Source: Alcanivorax profundi (GTDB lineage Bacteria; Pseudomonadota; Gammaproteobacteria; Pseudomonadales; Alcanivoracaceae). Taken from it: DNA of 64,000 nucleotides. The position numbers were made by a program, and so were the translations under genes. The stretch's first letter is position 1. Every line of letters begins with the position of its first letter. The stretch lies in contig NZ_QYYA01000002.1 of NCBI RefSeq assembly GCF_003597125.1, positions 700,156-764,155 of the forward strand. The letters run 5' to 3'. Of the stretch, positions 40,626-51,192 are shown in pieces. The notes beneath the pieces were generated by a model, which searched no databases, was not told the origin of the DNA, and saw nothing but the letters and a program-made list of their open reading frames with translations.

Positions 40626-42713
40626 ATGCGATTGCCTGCTCGTAAACTGCTCGCTACCAGTATGGGCCTTTATTTGCCCATGGCCGCCTCTGCTGTCGAA
40701 GGACAGCCGGCAGGAGAAGAAAACCTGCTTGCCGCGATCAAGGTAGAAGTCGAGCAAATGAAAACTGCCGAGACAACCAGGGCAAAACTCGAACGTGAGC
40801 ATGCGCTGACCCCGGGTGGGGTAACATTGGTCGAGGCGGAAGATCTCAGAGAGCGTAGTGTCGTCAGCCTGGGTGACATGCTGCGTTATGTACCGGGTAT
40901 GTGGACGGCTACAGGCTCTACTGGCGACGGGACCTTTATCTCCAGTCGAGGTTCCAATCTGGATGCGGTTGCCTATGACGGTAATGGCATGAAGTTGATG
41001 ATCGACGGATTGCCCGTCACAGCTGCAGATGGCAACAACCACAACAGTTTTATCGATCCGCTGGCGGCACGCTATGCGGTGGTCGCCCGCGGCGCCAATG
41101 CCATGACTTACGGCGCCAGCACCCTTGGTGGCGCCATCAACTTCATTACCCCCACTGCGCGAACCACCCCCAATGAGGTTTACCTGAGCGCGGGGAGTCA
41201 TGGGACGGTGCAGAACAGTGTTACCGGTGGCGCCGTTGCCGGGGACTTTGATGGTCTGGTAACCGTCGAACAGCGTAGCTATGACGGTTTTCGTGGTCAT
41301 CAGGAACAGCAGCGCAGCGGTGTTTATGCCAATACGGGTTGGCAGATCAGCGATCGGATCGAAAACCGCCTTTACCTTACCTATGTGGATAACGACCAGG
41401 AACTGCCTGGCTCTCTCAGCCAGGCGCAGTTTGACGAGGATCCCTACCAGGCCAACCCCAACAATATTCCCGGTAATTTTCTGTATAACGTGGAAAAATG
41501 GCGTGTCGCCAATCGCACCGAATGGGCATTAAGTGACACTAGCGATTTGGTGGTGGGCTTCTCTTTTGAAGATCAGTCTCTCTATCACCCGATTGTCGAG
41601 AACCCGTTCTTCAGCTTGCTGATTGATAATGACCAGACCACCTTTGGCACCACCGTCCGTTACGACAAAAAGCTCGGCAACCATGACCTGCTGTTAGGTC
41701 TCAACTATGGGGAGACTCGGGTTAAAGGCGGTAACTACCAGCACAGTGGTGGCGTCCGTGGTGCGTTGTCTACCAAGGTCGATAACAAGGCAGATAATCT
41801 TGAAATCTTCGCCATGGATCACTGGCATTTTGCCGAGCGTTGGACACTGGTGTATGGGGCGCAAGCGGTAACCGGTACCCGAGAAGTGAGTAACACTGAT
41901 GTCGCAAGCGGTGTTGAGCGCAATCCCAAAGAAGATTATGACGCGATTAACCCGCGGGTGGGGGTGATCTATCAGCTGGCGGATCGCAGCGAGTTGTTTG
42001 CCAACGTGAGCAAACTCTACGAGGCCCCAACCCTGTATCAGCTGGAAGATGATGTTCAAGCCAATAATGAAACCCTTGATCCCATGCAAGGGGTTGTTGG
42101 GGAGGTCGGGACCCGTGGCTCGGCGCCGTTCGGCCAAGCCAGCCAGTGGAACTGGGAAGTGTCTGTTTACTACGCTCAGATCGAGGACGAAATTCTCTCC
42201 ATTGATGATCCAAATGCGTCAGGCACCAGCCTATCCACCAATATTGAAAACACCATTCATGCCGGTGTGGAAGCCCTGTTGGGTGCCAGCTTTGCGCTAG
42301 GCAGCAATGCGCAGCGCATTGAACCGGTGGTTAGCCTCACCTGGAACGATTTCACTTTTGATAATGACCCGATCTATGGTGACAACCAGCTGCCGGTGGC
42401 GCCGGAATTCTTTATCAAAGGCGAGGTCATCTATCGCCACGGCAATGGCTTCTTTGCCGGCCCCACCTTTGACATCGTCGACGACCGCTTTGGTGACTTT
42501 GCCAATAACAAGGATATCGAGGGCTATGAACTGGTGGGTGCGCGCGCCGGAGTTGCCCGTGACAACTGGGAAATCTATCTGGAAGGCCGCAACCTGACCG
42601 ATGAAGTTTACGTGGCCAATGTCAGTGTCAGCGACGATGAGACAGTGAACCCGGTCAGCATTCAGCCCGGTGAACCACGCTCGGTCTATGCTGGTGTCCG
42701 TTTCGATTTCTAG
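40626..42713 (+). CDS. TonB-dependent outer membrane receptor
   Basis: Signal peptide, a plug domain, and the C-terminal barrel terminus AGVRFDF. Confidence 0.88.
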   Translation: MRLPARKLLATSMGLYLPMAASAVEGQPAGEENLLAAIKVEVEQMKTAETTRAKLEREHALTPGGVTLVEAEDLRERSVVSLGDMLRYVPGMWTATGSTGDGTFISSRGSNLDAVAYDGNGMKLMIDGLPVTAADGNNHNSFIDPLAARYAVVARGANAMTYGASTLGGAINFITPTARTTPNEVYLSAGSHGTVQNSVTGGAVAGDFDGLVTVEQRSYDGFRGHQEQQRSGVYANTGWQISDRIENRLYLTYVDNDQELPGSLSQAQFDEDPYQANPNNIPGNFLYNVEKWRVANRTEWALSDTSDLVVGFSFEDQSLYHPIVENPFFSLLIDNDQTTFGTTVRYDKKLGNHDLLLGLNYGETRVKGGNYQHSGGVRGALSTKVDNKADNLEIFAMDHWHFAERWTLVYGAQAVTGTREVSNTDVASGVERNPKEDYDAINPRVGVIYQLADRSELFANVSKLYEAPTLYQLEDDVQANNETLDPMQGVVGEVGTRGSAPFGQASQWNWEVSVYYAQIEDEILSIDDPNASGTSLSTNIENTIHAGVEALLGASFALGSNAQRIEPVVSLTWNDFTFDNDPIYGDNQLPVAPEFFIKGEVIYRHGNGFFAGPTFDIVDDRFGDFANNKDIEGYELVGARAGVARDNWEIYLEGRNLTDEVYVANVSVSDDETVNPVSIQPGEPRSVYAGVRFDF

Positions 42714-42839
42714 CCGGCTGTTGAAATGCCCCTTGCAGGCGCAGCAGATTGGCCCTTCAGGCTGCGCCCTGCGGGTTTGCCGAGGGGCTGAAAAACTGAG
42801 TATGCAACGGGCTTTTCAGCAGCCTGCAGGGACAGAATC

Positions 42840-44201
42840 ATGACGCAGAACGGGAAGATGTCGGTGGCAGCGCCGGGCCGATACTATCAATCGGTTTGGC
42901 GCTGGCATTTCATGGCGGGGATGGTGGTTATCCCCTTCCTGTTCATGCTGACGTTCAGCGGCTTGCTGATGTTGCTGAGCAAGCCGCTGGATTCCGCCCT
43001 GAATACGGATCGGCTCACCGTGGCCGTCGGCGATAGCCGCGTACCTGTCAACACGCTGCTGCATACAGTTGAACAGCAGTATCCCCACTACGCCATCAAG
43101 CTCTATCTGCCGCCGCAGGCGCCGACACAGTCAGCGCAGTTTTCATTACAGCCCCATTCCCATGCTGGCCATGGTGGACACCATGCCCCCGCAACATTGG
43201 TTTATCTGAATCCCTACACCGGTGAAATCCTGGGTGATCGGGATCCGGCCACCAGCCTCTATGCCCGCATCAAGACCTTTCATGGATCCCTGTTTATGGG
43301 TGGGGTGGGGGATGCGCTGATTGAAATGGCCGCGGGTCTGGCGGTGCTGATGATCGTGACGGGTCTGTACTTGGCCTGGCCGAAACAGGGCTGGCGGGCC
43401 TTGTTGCCTCGCCGAGAGGTAAAATCGCGGTTGGCCTGGCGCCAATGGCACCTGACGATGGGGTGGTTGATTGCATTGCCGCTGGTGTTCTTCCTGATCT
43501 CAGGGCTTGCCTGGACCAATGTCTGGGGTGGCAAAATCGTGCAGCCCTGGGGTTCGCTCCCCGGCACCCGATATGTGCCGCAAACTGAAACAGCGCCGAG
43601 CGCACGAGACCATAGCGCCATGAACGAGCATGGCGTACACCGGGTGCCCTGGGCACTGGAACAGACCCCGATGCCAGTGGCCCCGACCGCAGAGCAACGC
43701 CTGACCCTGGATGACGTGGTGAACCTGGCCAGGGCAAAAGGATTCGGCGGCTTTCGGGTGCACTTCCCCCAGCAATCCGCTGACGTGTGGACGGTATCCG
43801 CCACCACTATTGCCGGAGATATCACCGATCCGGGTCAGGAGTGGATTGTCCATCTGGACCCAGCTACGGGCGAAACGTTGCAGGCGATACGCTTCGCCGA
43901 TTACCCCGCCATGGGCAAGGCCATGGCCGCGTCGATTCCCTTCCATCAGGGGGATCTCGGTCCATGGAACTGGTGGCTGAACCTGCTGTTTGTGTGCCTG
44001 ATTCTGGTACTGATTGTCACTGGTGGCATGCTCTGGTGGAAACGCCAGACCCGCCGCGTTGCACCCTCGGCCCCCCAAAAGCCCGCCCTTGTCGTGGCGA
44101 CCATCATGCTGTTGGTGGCGTTGCTGTTCCCCCTGTCGGCACTGGCCATGTTGGTGTTGATTGCCGTGGATGTCTGTGTGTTGCGGCGCGGAATGCGCTA
44201 G
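42840..44201 (+). CDS. PepSY-associated TM helix (PiuB-like) membrane protein
   Basis: 453 aa with 4 or more TM helices and conserved His residues; the usual partner of TonB-dependent receptors. Confidence 0.75.
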   Translation: MTQNGKMSVAAPGRYYQSVWRWHFMAGMVVIPFLFMLTFSGLLMLLSKPLDSALNTDRLTVAVGDSRVPVNTLLHTVEQQYPHYAIKLYLPPQAPTQSAQFSLQPHSHAGHGGHHAPATLVYLNPYTGEILGDRDPATSLYARIKTFHGSLFMGGVGDALIEMAAGLAVLMIVTGLYLAWPKQGWRALLPRREVKSRLAWRQWHLTMGWLIALPLVFFLISGLAWTNVWGGKIVQPWGSLPGTRYVPQTETAPSARDHSAMNEHGVHRVPWALEQTPMPVAPTAEQRLTLDDVVNLARAKGFGGFRVHFPQQSADVWTVSATTIAGDITDPGQEWIVHLDPATGETLQAIRFADYPAMGKAMAASIPFHQGDLGPWNWWLNLLFVCLILVLIVTGGMLWWKRQTRRVAPSAPQKPALVVATIMLLVALLFPLSALAMLVLIAVDVCVLRRGMR

Positions 44202-44287
44202 TGGCCGGCGCGGCGTCGAGCGCGTTCCGCATGCATTGACGCTGTTGTCTCGTTGACGGGAAGATACATGGCACCGGTCAAAACGCG

Positions 44288-45679
44288 ATGGCTGTCCGTC
44301 TAACCGGTATGACAGCGCCAAGCAATGGAATTACCATGGGTCAGTATTCGGGGTATCACCTTTCCGACAGTGAGGGTCTTTGTCACGAGTCCCCTTGTCA
44401 TGACAGCGACCTGTTCGGGGATCTGGCGAGGCAGGCCGGTATCCTGGCCACACGGGCTTGCTACCTGCCGGGGTTTCTCAAACCGGGGCATCGCTATTTG
44501 CATCGCGTGCAGTACCACCAGCACGATATTGCGCACATTCATGAAGAGGGGCATCACGATGGTGCCTCCAGTTTCAGTACCCTCGAGTACGTCTTGTTGT
44601 CCGGGGCGGAAATTGTCGAGAGCTGGAAGCTGTCGAATCCCGACGACCTGTCGAGGTTGGCGAAATCCGATTTTACCCTGCAAATGCACCGCTCCTTGTT
44701 CGGGGCGCCTCATGATTGCATTGTGATGCTGGCTCATGGATTGGGAGCGAACCTGAACAGACAATGCCTGGAAGCCTTTGGACTGAAAACCACAGCTATC
44801 GCTGAGGTTATCGGCAAGCTCCCGGTGTCCCTGTTGCGCCAGTATGTAGATAGTGGCTTGCTTGATGAAACGGCCCTGCTCGCCTGTTATGAGCAGAATT
44901 TGTATTGCGCCGTGAGGGACTTTCAACAGCGCCAGAAAGGGGAGTCTGCGGATTCCAACCTGCTGTTGCTGTTTGACGAAACCTTTCAGCCTTCCGGCGA
45001 CAAGGTTCGCCAGGCGGTTGCGCGCTATCAATTAATTGCTGGCGGCCAGTGGCAGTGTTTCCTGCCTGATTCTGCTTGCATTGAGTTTAACGAACGTCAG
45101 TTTGGTTATGTCATCGACAGCCGTGGCGAGGACGGAGCCCTTTCCGTCTTGCGCGATTTACCCTTGGTCCTGACCCTGGATGTTCAGCCGCATATCCGCC
45201 GTGCGCTGGTGACCGGCCGTATCAGCGATGCGGTCGTTTTGTTGAAACGGTATGCCAACCACAAACAAGGCTTTCATGCCTGGATTCGCGAATATGTGGC
45301 CGTTTACGGCCGCGTGCCGCGTTTTCGGTTTGATGTTCTGCCCTTTTATGAAGCGGTGAAACGGGAACAGTTTTCAGCGGGCTCGCTGACCTTGCGGCAG
45401 CTCTGTGAAAGCGGTTACGCGGCGGCATTGGACCAGCACCTGAAAACGGAAAATCCGCCACTAAAGGCATTGAATTCAGCACTGCCGTACGCGGCCGACA
45501 TGGGCTACGCGCACATGGTCAAGCGGCTGCACGAGGCCGGGGCCGACCTGGACACCTGGGCGAACTACGCGATCAAGACTGCCACCAGCAAGGGCTATGG
45601 CCCCCTGCTTCGCTATCTTCGCGACAATGGGGTGAGCTGGGAAGCCCCCGAGGTGTCTGCCAGCGAGTGGGGGTTCTGA
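44288..45679 (+). CDS. Hypothetical protein with a Cys/His-rich N-terminus and C-terminal ankyrin-like repeats
   Basis: N-terminal CHESPCHDSD and HRVQYHQHDIAHIHEEGHHD. The C-terminal AADMGYAHMVKRLHEAGADLD...TATSKGYGPLLRYLRDNG has an ankyrin-repeat pattern. Confidence 0.55.
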   Translation: MAVRLTGMTAPSNGITMGQYSGYHLSDSEGLCHESPCHDSDLFGDLARQAGILATRACYLPGFLKPGHRYLHRVQYHQHDIAHIHEEGHHDGASSFSTLEYVLLSGAEIVESWKLSNPDDLSRLAKSDFTLQMHRSLFGAPHDCIVMLAHGLGANLNRQCLEAFGLKTTAIAEVIGKLPVSLLRQYVDSGLLDETALLACYEQNLYCAVRDFQQRQKGESADSNLLLLFDETFQPSGDKVRQAVARYQLIAGGQWQCFLPDSACIEFNERQFGYVIDSRGEDGALSVLRDLPLVLTLDVQPHIRRALVTGRISDAVVLLKRYANHKQGFHAWIREYVAVYGRVPRFRFDVLPFYEAVKREQFSAGSLTLRQLCESGYAAALDQHLKTENPPLKALNSALPYAADMGYAHMVKRLHEAGADLDTWANYAIKTATSKGYGPLLRYLRDNGVSWEAPEVSASEWGF

Positions 45680-45812
45680 CGCAGGTCGGTTGAGGCAGGG
45701 TTTCGGCCCGCAACTTACCCACCCCTTGTACCCGAGTCGCCCAACACTCTGCAGGAGGGCGATTCGGGACTGCAAGAGGGGTCATATTATGGCTTGCCGG
45801 GGGGCGTTGGGA

Positions 45813-46517
45813 TCAAGCCACCGAACCAAACACCTGAATAATATTCCCCAGGCGCGCGGTGAATTTGTCGCCGCTATTAAGCGGTCCGACGCCGGCGGGG
45901 GTGCCGGTGAAGACCACGTCGCCGGGTTCCAGAGTGAAGGTCTGGCTGATTTCGGCCAGCAGTTCGAAGGTGGGAAACAGCATCAGGCCGGTGTGGCCGT
46001 GTTGTTTCACGGCTTCGTTGATCTCCAGGGTCACATCCAGGTTCTGGCGCACGGAGATGCCGCGGGCATCGATAAAGCCGGATACCGGGGCGGCGCCGTC
46101 GAAGGCCTTGGCCCGTTCCCAGGGGAGCCCTTTTTCCTTTAGCTGGTTTTGCAGTGCCCGCAGGGTTAGATCCAGACCGACGCCGTAGGCGGCGATGCTG
46201 AAGCGAATGTTCTCCAGATCGGTTTCCTTGCGGATGCGTTTGCCGATCAGCACCACCATTTCCACTTCATGATGCACCGGCCCCTGCCCTGTCGGGATCA
46301 CCACCGGTTCGTGCAGGCTGGCCAGCGCAGAGGCCGGCTTCATGAACAGGATTGGGGACTCGGGTACCTCGTTGCCCAGCTCGCGGGCGTGGTCGACGTA
46401 GTTGCGACCCACGCACACGACCTTGCCCACCGGGATATCAATGGGGGAGCCGTCGATCCAGCGGTGGACGTAGCCATCGTCGTCGCGGTTCAGGGTGATG
46501 GCATCATCAAACATCAA
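45813..46517 (-). CDS. Fumarylacetoacetate hydrolase (FAH) family protein
   Basis: The FAH-fold motifs (VCVGRNYVDHARELG, HHEVEMVVLIGK) match 2-keto-4-pentenoate hydratase/YcgM-like proteins. Confidence 0.8.
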   Translation of the reverse strand: MMFDDAITLNRDDDGYVHRWIDGSPIDIPVGKVVCVGRNYVDHARELGNEVPESPILFMKPASALASLHEPVVIPTGQGPVHHEVEMVVLIGKRIRKETDLENIRFSIAAYGVGLDLTLRALQNQLKEKGLPWERAKAFDGAAPVSGFIDARGISVRQNLDVTLEINEAVKQHGHTGLMLFPTFELLAEISQTFTLEPGDVVFTGTPAGVGPLNSGDKFTARLGNIIQVFGSVA

Positions 46518-47931
46518 ACAGCTTCCCGGGGTTCATGATGTTGTTGGGATCGAACACTTGCTTGACGGCTTTCATGCAGGCGATTTCTTCCGGGCTGCGC
46601 GAGTATGTCAGGTAGGGTTTCTTGGTCATGCCCACGCCGTGCTCGGCTGAGATAGACCCGTTGTACTTCTCGACGATCTCGAACACCCACTTGGAGACGT
46701 TGTTGCACTTGGCGAAGAAGTCTTCCTTGGCCAGGTCTGCCGGCTTGAGGATGTTGAGGTGCATGTTGCCGTCGCCGATATGGCCAAACCAGACAATCTC
46801 GAAATCCGGGTAGGCGTCCTGCACCACGGTGTCCACGTCTTCGACAAAGTCCGGCACCTTGGCGATGCTCACCGAGATGTCGTTCTTGTACGGGGTGTGC
46901 GGGGCGATGGATTCGGAGATGCGCTCACGCAGCTGCCACAGCTGGTCGAGCTGCTGCAGGGACTGGCTCATGACGCCGTCCAGTACCCAGCCTTCTTCCA
47001 CGCATTTCTCGAAGATGGCCATGGCCTGCTCGCCGACCTGCTCGGAAAGCTGCTCGAATTCCAGCAGGCAGTAGAACGGGCACTCGGTCTCGAAGGGCTT
47101 GGGCACGCCGTGGGCCAGTACGTGGGCCATGGCCTTGTCGGAGAAGAATTCAAAGGCGGTCAGGTCGATGTCCTGCTGGAACGCGTGCAGGATGCTCATC
47201 ACTTGGCGGAAGCCCGGCGCGCCCAGTACCAGGGCGGTCAGGTCTTTCGGCTGGCGAGTGAGTTTGACGGTGGCTTCTACCACCAGGCCCAGGGTGCCTT
47301 CAGAGCCGATAAACAGGTGACGGAAGTCGTAGCCGGTGGCGTTCTTGATCAGCCCCTTGTTCAGTTCCAGCAGTTCACCCTTGCCGGTGATGACTTTCAG
47401 GCCGGTGATCCAGTCGCGGGTCATGCCGTAGCGGATCACCTTGATGCCGCCGGCGTTGGTGCCGATGTTGCCACCGATCTGGCTGGAGCCGGCGGAGGCA
47501 AAATCCACCGGGTAAAACAGGCCCTTTTCCTCGGCGAATTCCTGCAGCTGCTGGGTGACCACACCGGGTTGCACGGTGACAGCGCGATCGAATTCGTTGA
47601 AATCGAGCACCTTGTTCATGCGATCGAAGGCCACTACCAGCTCGTTGTTGGCGGCCACGGCGCCAGCAGACAGACCGGTCCGGCCACCGGACGGCACCAG
47701 GTGCAGGCCGTGCTCGTTGGCGATTTCCACGATCTGCTGCACTTCCTCGATGGTCTCCGGCAGCGCGATGGCACAGGGGGCCGGGGCCCACACCTTGGTC
47801 CAGTCGACCCCGTAGCGCTCGGCGCTGTCCGGATCGGTGAGCAGGCGTTTGCCAAGCAAATCAGTCAGTTGCTCCAGCGCGGCATGGGCAAGGGCGGTCA
47901 TCAAGGGTCTCCTGAGCGGGGTAAAACGCAC
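46507..47931 (-). CDS. FAD-linked oxidase (GlcD family), probably D-2-hydroxyglutarate dehydrogenase
   Basis: FAD-binding PCMH domain. Divergent to serA, as in the published Pseudomonas d2hgdh–serA coupling. Confidence 0.75.
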   Translation of the reverse strand: MRFTPLRRPLMTALAHAALEQLTDLLGKRLLTDPDSAERYGVDWTKVWAPAPCAIALPETIEEVQQIVEIANEHGLHLVPSGGRTGLSAGAVAANNELVVAFDRMNKVLDFNEFDRAVTVQPGVVTQQLQEFAEEKGLFYPVDFASAGSSQIGGNIGTNAGGIKVIRYGMTRDWITGLKVITGKGELLELNKGLIKNATGYDFRHLFIGSEGTLGLVVEATVKLTRQPKDLTALVLGAPGFRQVMSILHAFQQDIDLTAFEFFSDKAMAHVLAHGVPKPFETECPFYCLLEFEQLSEQVGEQAMAIFEKCVEEGWVLDGVMSQSLQQLDQLWQLRERISESIAPHTPYKNDISVSIAKVPDFVEDVDTVVQDAYPDFEIVWFGHIGDGNMHLNILKPADLAKEDFFAKCNNVSKWVFEIVEKYNGSISAEHGVGMTKKPYLTYSRSPEEIACMKAVKQVFDPNNIMNPGKLFDV

Positions 47932-48044
47932 GATCTTGAGGCGTTCTCACGACAACTTGAGCAATCCGACTGCCGGGTTGCTCTCAATTTGAGCGCGCTA
48001 TGTTAACATACGCGCCCATTTCACAGGCTACCGAGACTTCAATC

Positions 48045-49274
48045 ATGGCCGATACTTCTCTTGAGAAGGACAAGATCCGCGTTCTCCTGCTCGAGGGCAT
48101 CCACGAAAATGCCGTGGAAAACCTGAAGGCACACGGCTACACCAACGTGGAACTGCTGCCCACCGCCCTGACTGGCAGCGATCTGACGGACAAGATCCAG
48201 GATGCCCATTTTATTGGTATCCGCTCCCGCACCCAGCTCACCGAAGAGGTGTTTGCTGCGGCGGAGAAACTGATTGGTGTCGGCTGTTTCTGTATCGGTA
48301 CCAACCAGGTGGACCTGAAGGCGGCCCTGAAACGCGGTATTCCGGTGTTCAATGCCCCCTACTCCAACACCCGTTCCGTGGCCGAGCTGGTGATTGCCCA
48401 CACCATCAACCTGATGCGTGGCATTCCCGAGAAGAACGCCTCTGCCCACCGTGGTGGCTGGCTCAAGTCGGCCAAGGATAGCTACGAAATTCGTGGCAAG
48501 ACCCTGGGTATCGTGGGTTACGGCAATATCGGCGCGCAGGTGTCGGTGCTGGCTGAATCCATGGGGATGAAGGTGAAGTTCTACGACGTGATTCCCAAGT
48601 TGCCGCTGGGTAACGCCGAGCAGGTGAGCAGCCTCAACGACCTGTTGGGTCAGTCTGATGTGGTCAGTCTGCATGTGCCGGATACCGCCGACACACGCTG
48701 GATGATCAAGGAAGAGCAGATTCGCGCCATGAAGCCCAAGGGCTATCTGATCAACTATGCCCGCGGCAAGGTGGTGGACATTGATGCCCTGGCGGCAGCG
48801 CTGAAGGACGGCCATCTGCTGGGTGCCGCCATCGACGTGTTCCCGGAAGAGCCGAAAGGTAACGACGACGAGTTTGTCAGCCCGCTACGCGAATTCGACA
48901 ACGTGATCCTGACCCCGCATATCGGTGGCTCCACCCAGGAAGCCCAGGTCAACATCGGCACCGAGGTGTCCGAAAAGCTGGCCCGTTACTCCGATAATGG
49001 CGCCACCCTTGGCGCGGTGAATTTCCCGGAAGTGGCCCTGCCGGCTCACCCGGACATGCACCGCCTGCTGCACATTCACAAGAACGTCCCCGGCGTACTC
49101 ACCCAGATCAACACCATTTTCTCCGAAAATGGCATCAACATCTGTGGTCAGTACCTGCAGACCAATGAAGACATTGGTTATGTGGTAATCGACGTGAACA
49201 AAGAGTACAGCCAGCTGGCGCTGGACAAGCTGCGCACCATCGAGGGCACTATCCGTACCCGCGTGTTGTTCTGA
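48045..49274 (+). CDS. serA: D-3-phosphoglycerate dehydrogenase
   Basis: ORF 48000..49274. Start at MADTSLEKDKIRVLLLEGIHE; NAD-binding GIVGYGNIGAQV and a C-terminal ACT domain. Confidence 0.9.
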   Translation: MADTSLEKDKIRVLLLEGIHENAVENLKAHGYTNVELLPTALTGSDLTDKIQDAHFIGIRSRTQLTEEVFAAAEKLIGVGCFCIGTNQVDLKAALKRGIPVFNAPYSNTRSVAELVIAHTINLMRGIPEKNASAHRGGWLKSAKDSYEIRGKTLGIVGYGNIGAQVSVLAESMGMKVKFYDVIPKLPLGNAEQVSSLNDLLGQSDVVSLHVPDTADTRWMIKEEQIRAMKPKGYLINYARGKVVDIDALAAALKDGHLLGAAIDVFPEEPKGNDDEFVSPLREFDNVILTPHIGGSTQEAQVNIGTEVSEKLARYSDNGATLGAVNFPEVALPAHPDMHRLLHIHKNVPGVLTQINTIFSENGINICGQYLQTNEDIGYVVIDVNKEYSQLALDKLRTIEGTIRTRVLF

Positions 49275-49385
49275 TTGACAGGAAGTGCCAGGCACCGGGC
49301 AGGAGGATTGTGACCTGCTCGACAAAAAGCCGAAGTCGGGCTACCTTGCCTGCTTCGGCTTTTTTGTTTTGGGGACCATCGGGAA

Positions 49386-50756
49386 ATGATAACTCTTGCC
49401 AAAGGATGGCTGGCGCTGGTGCTGCTCGCGGCGCTATCGGGGTGTGCGACCAATTCGTTGTTCGTGTCTTACCCCAGTCAGGCACAGAAGTGGAAGACTA
49501 CGCTGGCCAGTGAAGCCCCTGACCAGGGGGTGATAACCAAGCTTGAGCAGTCCACCGCCGGGGGGGATGGTGTGCTGTATCTGCAGGAACTGGGTCGGGT
49601 AACCCAGCTAAATGGGCAGCCGGAGGCCAGTCGCAATGCCTTTGCTGGGGCGGTAGCGGAGTACGACAAGGAAGATGCCAGCGCCAAGATTCAGGTGTCT
49701 TCCCTTGCGGCGACCGGTACGGCCATGCTGACTAATGACAACGCCCGCCCCTATGTGGCGCCAGACTATGAGCGCATCTTCACCCGCGCCTATCAGGCGC
49801 TCAACTATTGGGCGGATGGCGATGCCACGGGTACCTCGGTGGAACTCCGCGCAGCAGCACTTGAGCAGCAGGTGGCGGCCAACAAGCGCGACAAGGAAAT
49901 TGCCAAGGCGGAAGAAGATGCTGACGAAAACAGCATCGACCTGAATCAGTTCGATGGCTACTTCGAAGGGCTCAATGCGGTGGCCGGTGATGTGAAGGCC
50001 AGCTTCCAGAATGCCTGGACTTTCTATCTCTCCGCGCTCTTCTGGGAAGCGCACGGCGAGTATAACGACGCGCTTGTGGACTACAAAAAGGCCCTGGAAA
50101 TCAATCCCGACTCCACCATGCTCAAAGAAGATGTGGAGCGGATTTCCAACCGGATGAAGCGTCGCAAGGTCGACGATGGCGGTCTGGTGGCGATCATCTA
50201 TGAACAGGGATACGTGCAGCCGCGGCAGGAGTTCAGCTTGCCTATTCCTACCGTGCATGGCGTTTTCTCGGTCGCCTTCCCTACCTATGCCCTCGCGGAC
50301 AAACCCATGCCCAATACCCTGCGGGTACTCGATACTGCCAGCCAGCCATTGGGCGAGACCCAGGTGCTGGCGGATGTGGGCGCCCTGGCCGCCAAGGACC
50401 TGAAGGAACGCATGCCAGGCATGCTGGTACGCCAGACATTGCGTGCCACTGCCAAATATAATGTGCAGAAGCAGGCCAACGACAATTTCGGTCTGCTGGG
50501 TTCATTAAGTACCCAGATTTATAACCTGGTCAGTGAGCAGGCGGATCAGCGCAGCTGGCTGACGCTGCCGGCCTATGCCCAGGCCACCCGCTTTACCCTG
50601 GAACCCGGTGAGCACACCCTGGTGTTGAGCACCCCGCAGGGCAATGCTACGTTGACAGTACCGGTTGTAGACCGGGGCCTCACCGTGATCCATGCCGTGG
50701 CCATTCCCGGCCGCTTGATTACTCGTGTGTTACCCGTTCAGGAGGGACCCTTATGA
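49386..50756 (+). CDS. Conserved envelope lipoprotein (COG3014-like), first gene of the ycfL–lpoB cluster
   Basis: Lipobox LAALSGC; a TPR-like central region. Confidence 0.6.
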   Translation: MITLAKGWLALVLLAALSGCATNSLFVSYPSQAQKWKTTLASEAPDQGVITKLEQSTAGGDGVLYLQELGRVTQLNGQPEASRNAFAGAVAEYDKEDASAKIQVSSLAATGTAMLTNDNARPYVAPDYERIFTRAYQALNYWADGDATGTSVELRAAALEQQVAANKRDKEIAKAEEDADENSIDLNQFDGYFEGLNAVAGDVKASFQNAWTFYLSALFWEAHGEYNDALVDYKKALEINPDSTMLKEDVERISNRMKRRKVDDGGLVAIIYEQGYVQPRQEFSLPIPTVHGVFSVAFPTYALADKPMPNTLRVLDTASQPLGETQVLADVGALAAKDLKERMPGMLVRQTLRATAKYNVQKQANDNFGLLGSLSTQIYNLVSEQADQRSWLTLPAYAQATRFTLEPGEHTLVLSTPQGNATLTVPVVDRGLTVIHAVAIPGRLITRVLPVQEGPL

Positions 50757-51151
50757 CGATATTTCGCCCATTGATGGCGCTGCTGGTGGCGCTGCTTCTC
50801 ACGGCCTGTTCGGCCAGCAACATGGGGCAGCTGGAAGTGGATGAGAACGGAGAGACGGTTACCAGGGTCTATTCCAATAACAGCCTGCTTTCCAGCCGGA
50901 TTTCCGTGCCTGACCTGAAGCAGAAAAAGGTAGGCGACCTGCTCTACATGCAGGCCACGCTGGAAAATGACTGGAAATTCCAGCTCGACTTTCAATACAA
51001 GGTGAAGTTTTTTGATGCCGACGGCTTTGAACTGCAGCCGGAAGCACAGCCCTGGCGGCAGGTGGTGATGGCCGGTCGCAGCCAGAACAATATCAAGGCC
51101 ATCGCCCCGAACCCGTCGGCCGTGCGCTTTGAAATCTGGGTACAGGAATAA
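50753..51151 (+). CDS. YcfL-family (DUF1425) lipoprotein
   Basis: Lipobox LLTAC; 4-nt overlap with the upstream gene. Confidence 0.7.
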   Translation: MTIFRPLMALLVALLLTACSASNMGQLEVDENGETVTRVYSNNSLLSSRISVPDLKQKKVGDLLYMQATLENDWKFQLDFQYKVKFFDADGFELQPEAQPWRQVVMAGRSQNNIKAIAPNPSAVRFEIWVQE

Positions 51152-51192
51152 CCTCTCGCGTTTGCGAGACTAAAAGGAACAAGGAGACAAGA

